Below are positions 13,097-25,260 of a DNA stretch of 64,000 nucleotides, in pieces. The position numbers and the translations under genes were made by a program. Within the stretch, counting starts at the first letter, position 1, and the number at the start of each line of letters is the position of its first letter. Under the pieces are notes generated by a model that saw only the letters and a list, made by a program, of their open reading frames with translations, was not told the DNA's origin and searched no databases. The DNA lies in NCBI GenBank assembly GCA_009602735.1, contig WELA01003159.1, positions 393,753 through 457,752 of the forward strand, given 5' to 3'. Source of the stretch: Mesotaenium endlicherianum. Taxonomy: Eukaryota.

Positions 13097-16000
13097 ACCT
13101 CTGTTCCAACACACTTCAGCTTGATGTCTATTAAGCCAGGACCTGCCTAGCACGAGATCATAAATGCCTAGCACGAGATCATAAAAGCCAGTGTTGAGTA
13201 CTTCAAATGTAAGCATTTCAGGTAGAACTACAATGCCAGAACCTAATTGGACCTCAATAGGTTTGGTTATAATTCCTCCCGGGATACTCGAAGCATCTCC
13301 AAGGAATATTTTTCTATTCCCTTGGGTGACAGTAGGCAGCCTTAGTCGCTTAACTAAGTCCTTATGGATAAAAGTATGTGACGCCCCTCCGTCAACAAAT
13401 GCCCTCACCTTCCTACCTGCAATCGTGCAATGCAGTAGGATACGGGGGACTGTCTTTTCCTGTCTTTTGCATTGTTCTCCTGACTTAGCAAAGAAATGTT
13501 GGACATGAGGTGGAACAAGATCATCCAGAGTGTGTACTTACTGGAGGTCTATATTGCTGATGGTCTCCTTTATCTGGTTGTCAGGTATGCATAGTGAATC
13601 TAGTTCAGTTTGGCCTATAATACCTACAGCGAGGGCAGCTAGTGACGACTCACTATCTCTAACATCCTCACACTCAGTAGACTGGATTATTGACTGTTGT
13701 TGTCTTTTAAGACATGGTCCTTTCTCTCGACCTTTGGAAGGTGCTTGACTGGACACTGCTCTCTGAAGTGGCCCAATTGCTGGCAATGGAAGCAAACAGA
13801 CTTTGCTGAGGCTGGTCTCGGCTTTGTCCTACCACCACCTCTTCCATAGCCACCTTGAGAGTAACCACCTCTCCCTCTAGATTGTATAGCATTATACTCA
13901 TACTCGTACTCATCACCCTGATCATCCTCAACCTGGTCTCCTTCAATTGAATTGTAGGAACCGTGGGGCTTTTTGACAATCTTAGACACCAAAGCATTAC
14001 TTTGGCGCTTGTGATGGATTTGCTGCTGATCCCAGGCATCAGCGTCCTGGATTAAGTCAACCAGATTCTCATACTTCTTTTCCGCTGAATGACCAGAGAC
14101 TACGGATTTCAAGCCATACTTGAAGTATGCTATCCTATACCGCTCTGGCAAGTTTGGCTGCTTCATCATGTTCTCCTGGAACTTTTGAGCCAACTCAGCA
14201 ACTGAAGTGGTCTGCTTCAGTGTCAAGGAGATCATTGCACAGATAGCTTTCTCCTGCAAATTGATGACATCAAACTTCTCATGCAGTATTTCGACAAACT
14301 CTACCCAAGTAGGGTCATCGAGTTGTTGAGCCTTACGCTCTCCTTTCCAATACAGCCACCAGTCTGCTGCACTACCTTTCAGTAGAGCACCAGTGAGCCT
14401 GACCTTCTCGTAATCCTGCAGCTCTTGGTAGTTCTCCAGCCACTGCTCAACATCAGCGAGAAACTTGATCAGGTAATACTTTTTATTTCCCTCAGGATCA
14501 TATTCTCAGGGAGGTTTTGGCTTAGGCTTATTAGGCCCTCTGCCACCACCACCAGTGGTTTGAGAACCCAGTTGGTCTCTGTCCCGCAGCAAGGACATTA
14601 TGATTCTTTTGTCATCCTGTTGGGACTGATACATACTTGCCATTTGCAATTGCATTTGCACAAACAATGTGTAGTGATTTGAGTTATTATATATTAGTTT
14701 GCATATATTTTAATGTTTTCAAATATATTTGGAGTAGTATTGTGTGGAGTCAAGTGTGAATAGGTACTCTATTAACTTGGTTCATGTCCTTTGAACCTTC
14801 CAAGGCATTTTCGAAGTTAGAGGAAAGACCTAGAAGAACTCCATGTGGCAAAAGTCAAATGTGCCATTTTTAGGTCAAAAAGACATGTGTACATTATTCT
14901 AGAAAGAGGTGGCAAGTTTTGGGATGTGTTGGGTGCCAACACATCAACATACACTTTCCTAGAAATTACTTATGTAGCAAGTATATAAACAAGAGCTAGA
15001 ACATAGAAAGACATTCCAGAATCACTCTTGTACTTGCCAAAATCCAGAAATATATTAACTTTGAAGAAGCCATCTCTCTTTCAAGAAGCTACCACTTGTG
15101 TTCAAAGATCCTTGTCTTGAATAGATAAAGTATTCTGTTTTACTAAGTACTTTATCTATCTGTTTCACTACAAACAATGCTCCCAAATCTTCACTCTGAG
15201 GTGGGAGTCTAGCAAATGCAACAGCAGCAGTGGCATCCACTCGCTGAGTAGTATCCTCAACAGTCCCTCTCGCTCTTGCAGCAGCAATTCCTCCCGTATT
15301 CAGCCGGTCACGAATTTGACCTAGAGGCACATTGAGCTGTACAGCAGGAGGTGAATTCAGAACATTGGCCCTCGCTGCCATGAGTTCTTCGACAGTGCGC
15401 TCGTCCGCTGGCTGTCCTTCCCTCCTTTCTGTATCTTCAGCAGCTTTTGCTATTCGTTCAGCTTCTAATCTGACTCTCTCTTCCTCAGCCTGCTCAACTG
15501 CAACCGCAGCAATAGCAGCTGCCTCTTTTGCAGCCTCTCTAGCTGCAGTATCTGCCACTGCTTCAGAATAGGTACAGGTTCTCGCTACATGACTTTTAGC
15601 CTGGTTTTTGACATTCTCGTTATCCTGGTTCTCCATGTCTCGGGAGTTGCTAATTTGAGACCTTGTCCTTACCATACAAAGAAGATTGTGATAACAGCTC
15701 CGATACCACTGAAATAAATCGTCTTACCAAATAGGCGATTAACAATTAATGAAGATCTTTATATCAGCAAGTAACCTCTATGGTATATCTCTTCATTGAT
15801 TACACAGCAAAAGGACAACACACTAGCAGTGGACAATACTCGTAAGTCAAATGGAAGCAAACTAGAATCAATGATGCAATCAGTAAACTCCGACATAAGC
15901 AAGGTTAGAAGACACTGCATATCAATGGCTTCTCGCCTTGGATTCAGATCTCTCTCAGTAAGCTGTCCAAGAGAGTTGGCCTTGTTTCCGAATGCCGAAC

Positions 16001-16428
16001 TCGAGAGCAATACGTAGCATATGTACATGGAATGAGTTTACTGTTCAACGGCAAGTGCGATGGCACCACCTACCCGGGAATTAACCACGCTGGCGGGACC
16101 TCGGTTAACCAAATCCACCGCCATCTCCCATCATCCCGAATCGCCATCTATCCCAGGGATGTCATCTGGCCATTCACCTAGCATACCACACTTAGAGGCA
16201 TATCTAGGCAGTTCGCTGCTACCGAGCACGGAAGTCAGCTGGCTGTCAAAGAATGTGTCAACAAGCTGACTTAAGTTGACTTCGCCTTGCTGCTCTCGGC
16301 TGAGTCATTAAACGGATATTCTAATAAAGTCCAGCAGACTAAATATTAACTACAGTTCAGTATGCTGAACTTATTTAACTATTTTATTCAAAGGAACATT
16401 ATACCTACCAATATACTGATTCATTACA
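13097..16428 (-). mobile_element. Truncated, degenerate Ty3/Gypsy family-A copy (5' LTR 15710-16428, PBS 15697-15708, disrupted gag, protease fragment)
   Basis: Homologous to 29445-32273. Gag starts MVRTRSQ, has a CFHCQQLGHFREQC knuckle and VDGGASHTF protease motif. A 21-bp tandem duplication lies at about 13144-13185; no RT or downstream domains. Confidence 0.92.
14668..15172. mobile_element. Solo-LTR-like insertion (about 505 bp) inside gag
   Basis: AT-rich insert with TG...CA ends (TGTAGTGA/TCACTACA inverted repeat), flanked by duplicated AACAA(TG). Gag homology resumes exactly on both sides. Confidence 0.8.
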
Positions 16429-17124
16429 CGCATGGACCGAGTACAAAGAAGGCCTATCTAAGGACATGTGGTCAAAGTGCAACGAGAAAACCGCGTGCAT
16501 CAACGACTCCAACTTCTAGGACCAGGTGGACAAGATCATTCGCCTTGTTGAACCCATTGTTCGGCTTCTACGTCTGTGCGACGGAATCCAGCCAGCCATT
16601 GGCTTGGTGTGGGCTAAGCTGTGTGAGTACAAGGAGTATATCAAGAAGCTTCCTGGATTCTCAGCTGCTGAGAAGGTTTTTTTTGACAACCTTGTTGAAG
16701 AGAGGTGGAACTTCTTCCACTCGCCTATGCATTTAGCGGGTTATGTTTTGCATCCGCTGCACTAGGATCTGACAGGAAGCTGAAACAGCTGAAAGTGTAT
16801 GAAGCCAGAGAGGGAAGCTTCGCTGCGTCGGATGCAGATGAGGATCGCAGCACGCTAACTGGCCCGGCATGGCGGCACGAGTATGGGTCCAGCACCCCTC
16901 TGCTTCAGGAGCTTGCCATCAGAATATTGGGTTTGTGCACGTCTGCCAGCTCTTATGAGCGCAACTGGTCGGAGTATGACTTCGTGCACAACAAGAAGCA
17001 AAAACGCCTCACAAGGCTAGAGCGGAGAAGTTGGTTCTGGTGCATTCCAACCTGCGCCTGCTGGAAGGCAAGAAGAAGGCAAGTCAGGCACCGGTGCCCG
17101 GCAGGTTCATACAAGCCTATATAG
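16429..17124 (+). pseudogene. hAT-family transposase C-terminal fragment (dimerisation domain)
   Basis: PIVRLLRLCDG...RWNFFHSPMHLAGYVLHP and PLLQELAIRILGLCTSASSYERNWSEYDFVHNKK, with stops and frameshifts. Confidence 0.88.
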
Positions 17125-18175
17125 ACGCCTAGCAGGGTGCCTTTGAGGATGCTCAGAAAAATGCATTCATCTTCAAGGCCCCCCCTCCCCCTGTCGAGCC
17201 AGACTATTTCTCTGATGAAGATGAGGTGTCAGCTGACAAGCGGAATATGATAAAAAGCCCTTGAGGTGCGATATTTAACATGCAGCATAGGCGTAGGAGC
17301 ACTTGGGTACTCTATCCCCTTGTATATAGTCAACATTTTTTGCTTTTGCCCCATAATTGGAATTAGTAGAGTACCTCCCTTCACGTCCTTTTTACTAAGA
17401 TGTACCATGTGGCCATCAATATTTATTATTACTTTAAATTGTTTTGAGGTTTAAGTGGTTTAGCTTGAGGGTGTTTTGACTTCAGTATGCATGCTCATTG
17501 CAAAACCTCAAACCAAGTATGGTTCTATTGAAGATGATTGCGCCAAAATGCCTTGGAGAAGTACGTCTGAGTATACGAACTAGTCCTCGCACTTGCTTTT
17601 AAGCGACTTATTCTAAGGTATGCGTGGAACCTGGACGTGTACTTGCTAAAATATGAACTAGTCCTGGTTGCTGCAATACACTTTATTCAGGTATGCCCGA
17701 GGATGATGACTACCCCTGCTCCATCGGAGTCCATTCACTCCCACTAGCACGCTCACATGTTTGTGATTGCACACATGCGGATCTTTGCCTTCTCTTTCCT
17801 CAAACCAATTGTTGAAATATAAGACCAGGGCTGCACACCCAAGTGCCTTAGCCCCATTCTTCTCCGCCACGTGCTCTTCCACAAAATGATCGGACCTCGT
17901 TGCACAGGTGAGCTTCTTACTTGCACCATTGCGATGAATGTTCTGCCCTTGCTGCAACTATTCCAATGCCCTCCACTGCATGCCTGACAGTGGGTTCCAA
18001 GGTTCATCTCTTCTAAGTGCTTGTATCGCTCCAATGTAGGAAAACGAACGCTCAGCCACCAGGCATAGGCGATTGCGGGTAGAAGCCACCATACGCTCCC
18101 GTAGGAATTGAGGCAGAGACCTTACTTTAGCCCACTCATCATCTGTCTTTGGGCAATTCAACCAAGTGACTAGGA

Positions 18176-19255
18176 CTAACTTGCCTCTCGACTGTTCTTC
18201 AATCGAGGGAAACATGTGCCCTCCAGATATCGAATCCACCGCTGTAGCCTGTACCACACGACAGACATTTGCGGCAATATGTACTTGGCCTCCACAGTTT
18301 TGCATCTGCCATGCCACCTAGTGCCTGCATCCAGCACTAGGTCCCTTGTCGTAGGGCAGTATTTATGTTTGAACATGTTGCAAACGCGATTTGCCAACCA
18401 GGAAGAGAGACCTACTTGTACAGCATTTCCCAGAGCTTGGAACTGACGGCGTGGATTGATCATTTCAGCAGTCCAACTCCTGGAAAAACCTTGTAGCGCT
18501 TCCACGTCGGGCACGAGTAACACACGTAGGCACAAGCTACGCCCGTCTTCCCTTGCAACCAAGAGAGAGCTGAAATCTGTAGCTGTGGTCGTCGAAGTCA
18601 GGTCATAGGAGTTGAAAAGGGCATTCTCATTGAGGCCAGTGCACCACACACCCTTGTAAGCGCCTCTGCTTTTGAACGTGCAAAATGCACACCCACATGG
18701 CCCAACTCGGGAGCAACGCTCAGATTCTGTGAGCAATACGTCACGTGGATCTCCCATAAAGATGGCCACTAAGACCAATCTCTCCCTCAACTGCGACTTT
18801 TCAAAGGAGATGCATTGGGCACAGCGATATGCCCAGTTGTAGCCCACAGCATGAAGTGCCGCTATGACAATACTGATATACGGACCCCTTCAATGGTCTG
18901 TGTGCTCAAAATGCCTAAGACATTCTGCAGAATTACTATTGGGACTCGTTGAGACTCTAAAAGTCTCCACAGGTGGAAAACTAGTCCAGTTCGTGACATT
19001 AATGAGGGTTTGCTCATGGTATGCGAGCAAGTAGATACATCCTGACAAGGAAAACTAGCTGAAACTAAGTTTGTGTCAGGCGAAAAGTTGTTCAGAGCAA
19101 CGATATCTTCCACCAAGCGGACACTCGGATATTTGGCTGCAAGAAGCTTGCGACAAGCGGGGTCAAAAATTAGCCATAAGAACTAGGTCATGCCTTTGTT
19201 CCACAAATAGTAACTCAAAGCCTCCTATTCCGGTAAACAGACTGCAGATCCTCAT
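18176..19255 (-). pseudogene. Degenerate C5 cytosine DNA methyltransferase, compact prokaryote-like architecture
   Basis: From ATG 19255: motif I SLFTGIGG, IV SFPCQDVS, VI ILQNVLG, VIII QLRERLVLVA, IX EALQGF, X QALGNAVQV, all in canonical order. Frameshift at about 19165, stop at 18862, ENV changed to QNV. Confidence 0.88.
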
Positions 19256-22200
19256 GTCAAAAGTGAAGCAGAGGGTTCACAACACAGATTGCAAGAAATG
19301 AAAAATAATGGAAACATACGTCACAAGCAATGGCTGAAGTAGATAGAATTTGAAAAATTGAGAATATTCCAGGGTCAGATTCTTGCACCATTTGTACTTG
19401 CAAAAAAAGACAAAGCACTGTACCACATACATGATCTGCAAAACCCCTTGGGCCCTCACTATTGTACAAATTATTATTTCTAGAAGTGCACAGGCTGTAA
19501 CTTGTATATCCTGCTTGCTGCCTAAAATTGAACAAGTATCTCACCTAGCGCTATTGACCAATCACGGTCATCATTCAATAAGTGATTCCGGCCAAACTCT
19601 TTCATGTCAGTAGTCTGACATGACATTTATTGACAACTTCTACTGTACAAGTTGCAGTGAAGCTAGCTGCAATGGATACCGCACGCCTCACTTCATGTGC
19701 TCTAAGGTCATATCAAAGGCATCTATCTTTAGTCTTCACAGCATTCTGTCACAACCTTTGCTCTTGTTGCAGAGTCATGCTCACTGAGGATGGCGCCTTA
19801 CGGTAGCACTTTTTCAACACCTGCCATACCCAACAACAATCGTACCATAATCGTCAGCAAGGTACCAACTCCAAATGAATATTCGCAGATGAGGCAAGGC
19901 ACAGCAGAAAGGAAGCACTTGATAACTAATTGCAGGGCAGTCGCAAAATTATCACAGCAGATCACACTGCACACGGCTCTAGTAGGCACCTGCGGCATGT
20001 GAACGGCGTAACTACAGCAGCTGGCATGAAATAAGTGCATGGAAGAGAGCAAGCTAACGATTTGCATGCACACGCGTCCAGCAGCTGAGTAGCTTACCTT
20101 GTGCACCTTCAGGGTATGTTCCACAGCTGAGCAAGTCGCCAGTGATATTTGCAGTACTTATTTGCCATTCTTTGTCAATGCCTGTGATTAAATGGTCGTC
20201 CCAAGCAGCCTCAAATTTCGCTTTCACTACATTGGCGCCCTCAAATAGGTCCTTTTGCACCTTGACTTTGGCCTCGTTGCGATGTCTACCGGGTGCAGTG
20301 ACCTGTTCCAAAACCTCATGTATTATGGCATAGTGTCGACTATATATCTCCCTCAATTCCTGCTTCAGCACCTTTCTTTCCCAAGACGACTTCTCCTCCT
20401 TGGAGCTGCCGGCCTGTTGCGCCAGGTCGAGCCAGAATTGGGCAAATGGTGCCGTTTCATCCTGAATGGGTGGCCACCATGTTGGCGTGGGTGCTCAAGG
20501 ATTGACGTCACCACTCAATTTGTTGAATTCTGGCATACCCAACAGCACTTCAATCACACATGTCAACATTGCACCAACATGATAATAATGTCACAGGTGA
20601 GACATTTCACAACGCACGTATATAATCAAAAACATGCTTGGCTGCTACAAAAACTTCTATGGCACAAAAGGTGACTACTGGAGGGAAAGGCCAGCACCAG
20701 CTCATCATCGACATTTTCATTGTACCTAGATGGAGAAGCAGGCAGAACACGAGCGTAACCGCAAGTTGTGAAAGAATAGTAAGTGCTTTGAAATACCTAG
20801 CACGAGAGTAATTTATCGCTGGAATTGTCGACCCACACACGTAGTAGCCGTTGATTTCTCCATGCGCACAATTTTCTCGTCTGTCCAAGCACTTTCTACT
20901 TTGGCTTGGAGCGAGGTCACAGCCTATTGTGTGTCCTCCACCACCCTCTCTACCAGCCTATGCTTGGGATGGCTTGGATTGTTGTTGAATCTCAATTGGG
21001 CAATGCAGTTTTCCAGGCTCCTCTCAAAGTTAAATCTCAATATCTTCCTCAATGCCTGTTTTTCCAGCTTCACTATCTGGAGTTGAGTATTGTGGGGGTG
21101 CATAGATAGAGCTATGTAAGATTGAGCTGCACGCGTGAGGAAAGAGGCCTTAGCAGGATACCACAAGGGCCTGCTCAACCCTTCTGCATTGAACATCACA
21201 CCACGTATTGCTCCAATACGGGTCGAGCTTGTTGACGTCGCTGAGTTCGACCATGTGCTGCACAAACCGCCCCACATGATAAAAGAGGATGCGTTTGACA
21301 TGGAAACACATTGTGGAATTGAGGCAAAGGTTGTCAAAAGTTTAGTTAACGCACATATCTAGCTATCTAGTTAGATTTTGCATTGAGGTTAATGAGTTCA
21401 CTGTAAAAGTCTTCCTTTGGCATGCTCGCTATATGTTCATTAGATAAATGACTCCTAATAAGTTCTATTAATTCTTCCACTAGCCTCATTGCACCCTTGT
21501 CATTACGGGATAAACAAGGTTGATCAAAAGGCTCAGCCTTACTCCTTATCATGCGGATTTCTTTGCTTAACTTGCAAGTTAGTCTATTTCTAGCCAACGT
21601 GTGGGAAATAAGTTTCTGGTCCACAACGCCAACCATGGCTTCTCGGAGTGTGAGGTTGGTTATCAAATAGCATACTAACATGCACACTGTAATAAACACG
21701 GCTAGCAAGAGATGGATAAAGCTTACCTTTTTGCTCTCGGAATTGGTTCGACATGAGGTACTCACAGCTTTAGTATGCTTCAATGCGCATGGAAATATCT
21801 TGAACAGGACTGCGCTCATTGGCAAGAGTAAGCTTGTAGAATAGTATGTCAATTGTGTTCCGAGGAGCGTCGGCATTGGTGTAGCTGTAGACAGCTTTGG
21901 CCATAATACAAGCAGAACATGCAGGCTTTGAATTGCTTGAAGGAAGGATGATGGCCGACGATGGCAGATGATGGAGGACGTTGCAGTCCACGTTGTCGAA
22001 GCGAATCTGTAAATTGTACTTGATGAAATCAAATGTCTCACCGGCATTGGCTACCGAAGAGGCATTCGGGCACATTCGGGGATTACACACAAACCAGCCG
22101 GTCCACGAAAACACCTTGGCACGTTCAACGATGTTGCACGAGAAAGGTTCACACCAGGTTGACTGAGGTAGACACTTCATTTAGAGCAATTTGAAGCAAT

Positions 22201-23075
22201 TTGAAGGCCCTTTTGAGATAATCACTTCAGCAAAATACTTGTCAATCATTAAGTCTTGCATGCAATTTCATAGTGCTGTGCAGGATGTCGCATGCGTGCC
22301 AATGCGTGGTGTGCCTCGAGCTCCACAAGTGGAGGAGGTCATACGTTGTGCAACTTTTTTTGGTTGCGCCATGCTTACTAACATTTCGATCTTGTAGACC
22401 ATTTTAAACCATATAAATGCGATGTAAATCTGCCCGACTTGTAACTCCTGCAAAAACTTCCAGTGATTCAGAAAGGTCTCAGCCACTCAGCACCCCCCAT
22501 GGGCACAAGAAGGTTATTATTTAGGACTTTCTGCCTTTCATCTTTGCACTTCAACGCTCCTTGTATACAGCACAGTAACATGCACTCCGTATTCTCAAAG
22601 AGGTCCTCTATATTTGAGAAGATCCACTTGCACCTGGAGTTGAAGCACCCTCCTGCTACGTGCACGCACACACAATGGATCATATGAGCTTCAGCATGAA
22701 ACAATAAATCTTTGACAGTTTTAATTTGGACGGAGTCTTTAAGTTGTTTCCCTCACAATCTCCACAGTCTTGCCAGGATGTCTGACCAAGTGAAAGCACG
22801 CGATACAAAATTGGATAAGAGTGGTTGGAGGTGCGTTATCTCATATTTCTCCCCTCTAATGCATCTAAATGCTTCAGTATTTGGTGTGCTTTGATCCTGC
22901 ACCACAATACAGCATACCAGTTGCAGGGGGATTAATACAAATTGAGTGCTGTTTGTGTGGCACTGGGGGTGAGTTCACAGATGGTTAAAGAGCACCCCAA
23001 GTTTGAGAGGTGTACATCTTAGATGAAGAGAGACAAAAGAAAGAGGGCACGCACATCTCCCAGGTAGGCTCATAG

Positions 23076-24171
23076 ATGATGCAAGACATTCTGCTTCAAG
23101 GTGCACGGGTGCTAGATTGGAGAAACCACGAAGAGCAATACAAAAAAAGCAGCGTGAGGGATGTAATGAGAGTTTGCAAGGGACACACTTTGTTTCTCAA
23201 CAGCAGCAAGAAGGTTGCCTCCTACTGCGGGAATAGCAATTGGGAGAAAGCTGTCCAAGGACTAGGCAAGCGAAAGAACGTGACAGATGTTTGGATATAC
23301 TTGAGGTGCGGCACAGATAGTGCCAACTCTTTGGGAAGGCTGGGGAACAGATATTCCTAAATCACGTCCTTCACTTTCATTGTGGAGGAATATGCAATAA
23401 TGATGCAGTGCACCTGGCGGAGTTTGTGAGGAGGAGGAACAACATTCGCCACCTCAGTATCGTTTACGACGAAACATCCATATCTGATACTGAGGATTGC
23501 GCAGAGTATACTGCCTCCATGAGGGAGCTGTCACACCTCAAGAGGATGAAGTTTGGCTCCACAGACACATTACAAGAGCTGGAAGTGGACCTTTCCGGTG
23601 TAGGGTGGGCGAGTGTAGGGCGTGAGCTTTGGATTAGCCCAACCATCATGCGGTTACCACGCCTGCAAGTGTTTGCTCTTGCCTTTTCCGCAGCATGGGC
23701 GTGGACTTCTGCGCCCGAGTGGCTGGCCAGGTGCTCCACACTCGTTGCTTTGGATGTAACTCCAAGCAGGGTCGAGCCATCCGGTGTGTTGGCCATTTGG
23801 CAGTCCATGTCAACAATGAAAGAGCTGATTCTTAAATGCATTAAGGTATGCAGCTTAGGGTCTTACTATTGTCATGTACGCCTTCATAGCACGAGTAATG
23901 GGCAGCACCATGCTTTTATTCTGCAAACGTCTCTATCATGAGATGTCACCTCATTGAATTTGACAATCCACCGCATGGATGTGTGACTCGCAGAATGATT
24001 TGGTCGAGGAGCTGAAGTTGCTGGCAAGGACAACTGATCTCACAATGCTGGAGGTACAATGGCGGCCAGGCTTTCTTGGTTGCGAGGACCCTCCGCCCCC
24101 ACAGCCCCTGGCGCGGACGAAACACTTGCATGTTGACTTGCTGTACAATGCAGACAGCCGTGCTGAGTGCC
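23076..24171 (+). pseudogene. Decayed leucine-rich-repeat (RNI-like) gene fragment cut by an LTR insertion
   Basis: Repeated LxxLxL patterns (IRHLSI, LQELEVDLSG, LPRLQVFAL, CSTLVALDV, MKELILK, LTMLEV), a possible intron at about 23846-23993, and upstream stops. Confidence 0.45.
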
Positions 24172-24893
24172 TGTAAGGTGATGAAACTGTAGTCTGTATT
24201 TTTCTAGCATTTTATATGCATAGAGTGTGATTTTAAATGAACTTTGGCCTTTATTTCAAGTCATTTGGACAAGTATTGAGAAAGTTATGAGTTTTGGGAG
24301 TTTTTAGTGAGTTTTAATGTCACAGATTCAATTCAGTGACAAGGATAGGTCCAGTGACGAAAATTTTTGTTGGAGTCCAGGAAGTAGGACATTGAAACGT
24401 GAGGGTCCCAGAAACTACGTACAATTACGTAGGGTGCCAAAGTGATCGTGGAATTTCTAGAAACTCCGTGAGGAGTTTGTGGATTGTGTAGTAGAATATT
24501 CTAGAGTGTGATTGTGTGCGTGTGAGTGTGCTAGCTTGTCCAACTAGGCAAGGTCACCTACATGGAAGGAGCCATAGTAGAAGGTTGTGGAGGTACTTTG
24601 CTAGAGAAGACACTTAGAGTTGAAGCATAAAAGAGGGAGTCTTGTCTAGTCTAGTCTAGTCTAGTCTAACCTTCTTATCTTATACACGACTTTTCTTAAT
24701 CAAGTGAGTTCTTTTCCACTCCTCTTTCATGTAGCTCTCTTACTCTTGCAAGAGTGGCACACCACCAAGCCACTCCACCTTGTTCTTGCAACTAGGAAAG
24801 GTCCTCGTGCACGCTTCCACTCACGGGTGAGGGTGCGTGAGTGTGTGTGGGCGCACTCCCCGCACCCTTCCCCCTTTCACATGATATCGGAGC
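24172..24893 (+). mobile_element. 5' LTR (24172-24881) and degenerate tRNA-iMet PBS of a separate LTR family, internal region truncated at about 25.1 kb
   Basis: TGTAAGG...CTTTCACA termini followed immediately by TGATATCGGAGC. Abrupt compositional change at 24172; contains (CTAGT)4. Confidence 0.7.
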
Positions 24894-25260
24894 TACCTCG
24901 TTGCTTCATTTGGAGGAGGAGCTTTGGTTGGTGATGCTTGTTGGAGTGTAGAGAGAGTAGAGAGGAGAGTCAAGGATGATTATAAGTTGCCAAGGACAGC
25001 CATGAAGACGTTGATGCAAGCTAGCATCTCACTCTCTTGAAGCAGGGAAGAGATGGGAAGAGGGAGGTGCTCCAAGAAACGTTAACTTGGATGCAACCAG
25101 ATTTGTGGCCAAGCTGTCCCCTATGTCACTATACTGACACTTAGGGTTCACATAACTGTCCCTTTCTCGCTCTTCGCACACTAACTGTCATATATTATCC
25201 CCTCCAACTTAAATGGAGACACGACCTCCTGTCACCTTCTCGTGTCAACTGAAATGACTG

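Noticed and set aside
25124..25190. Short TG...CA segment after the PPT-like motif as a miniature 3' LTR
   Set aside because: Only 67 bp, with no matching partner LTR or TSD in the window.
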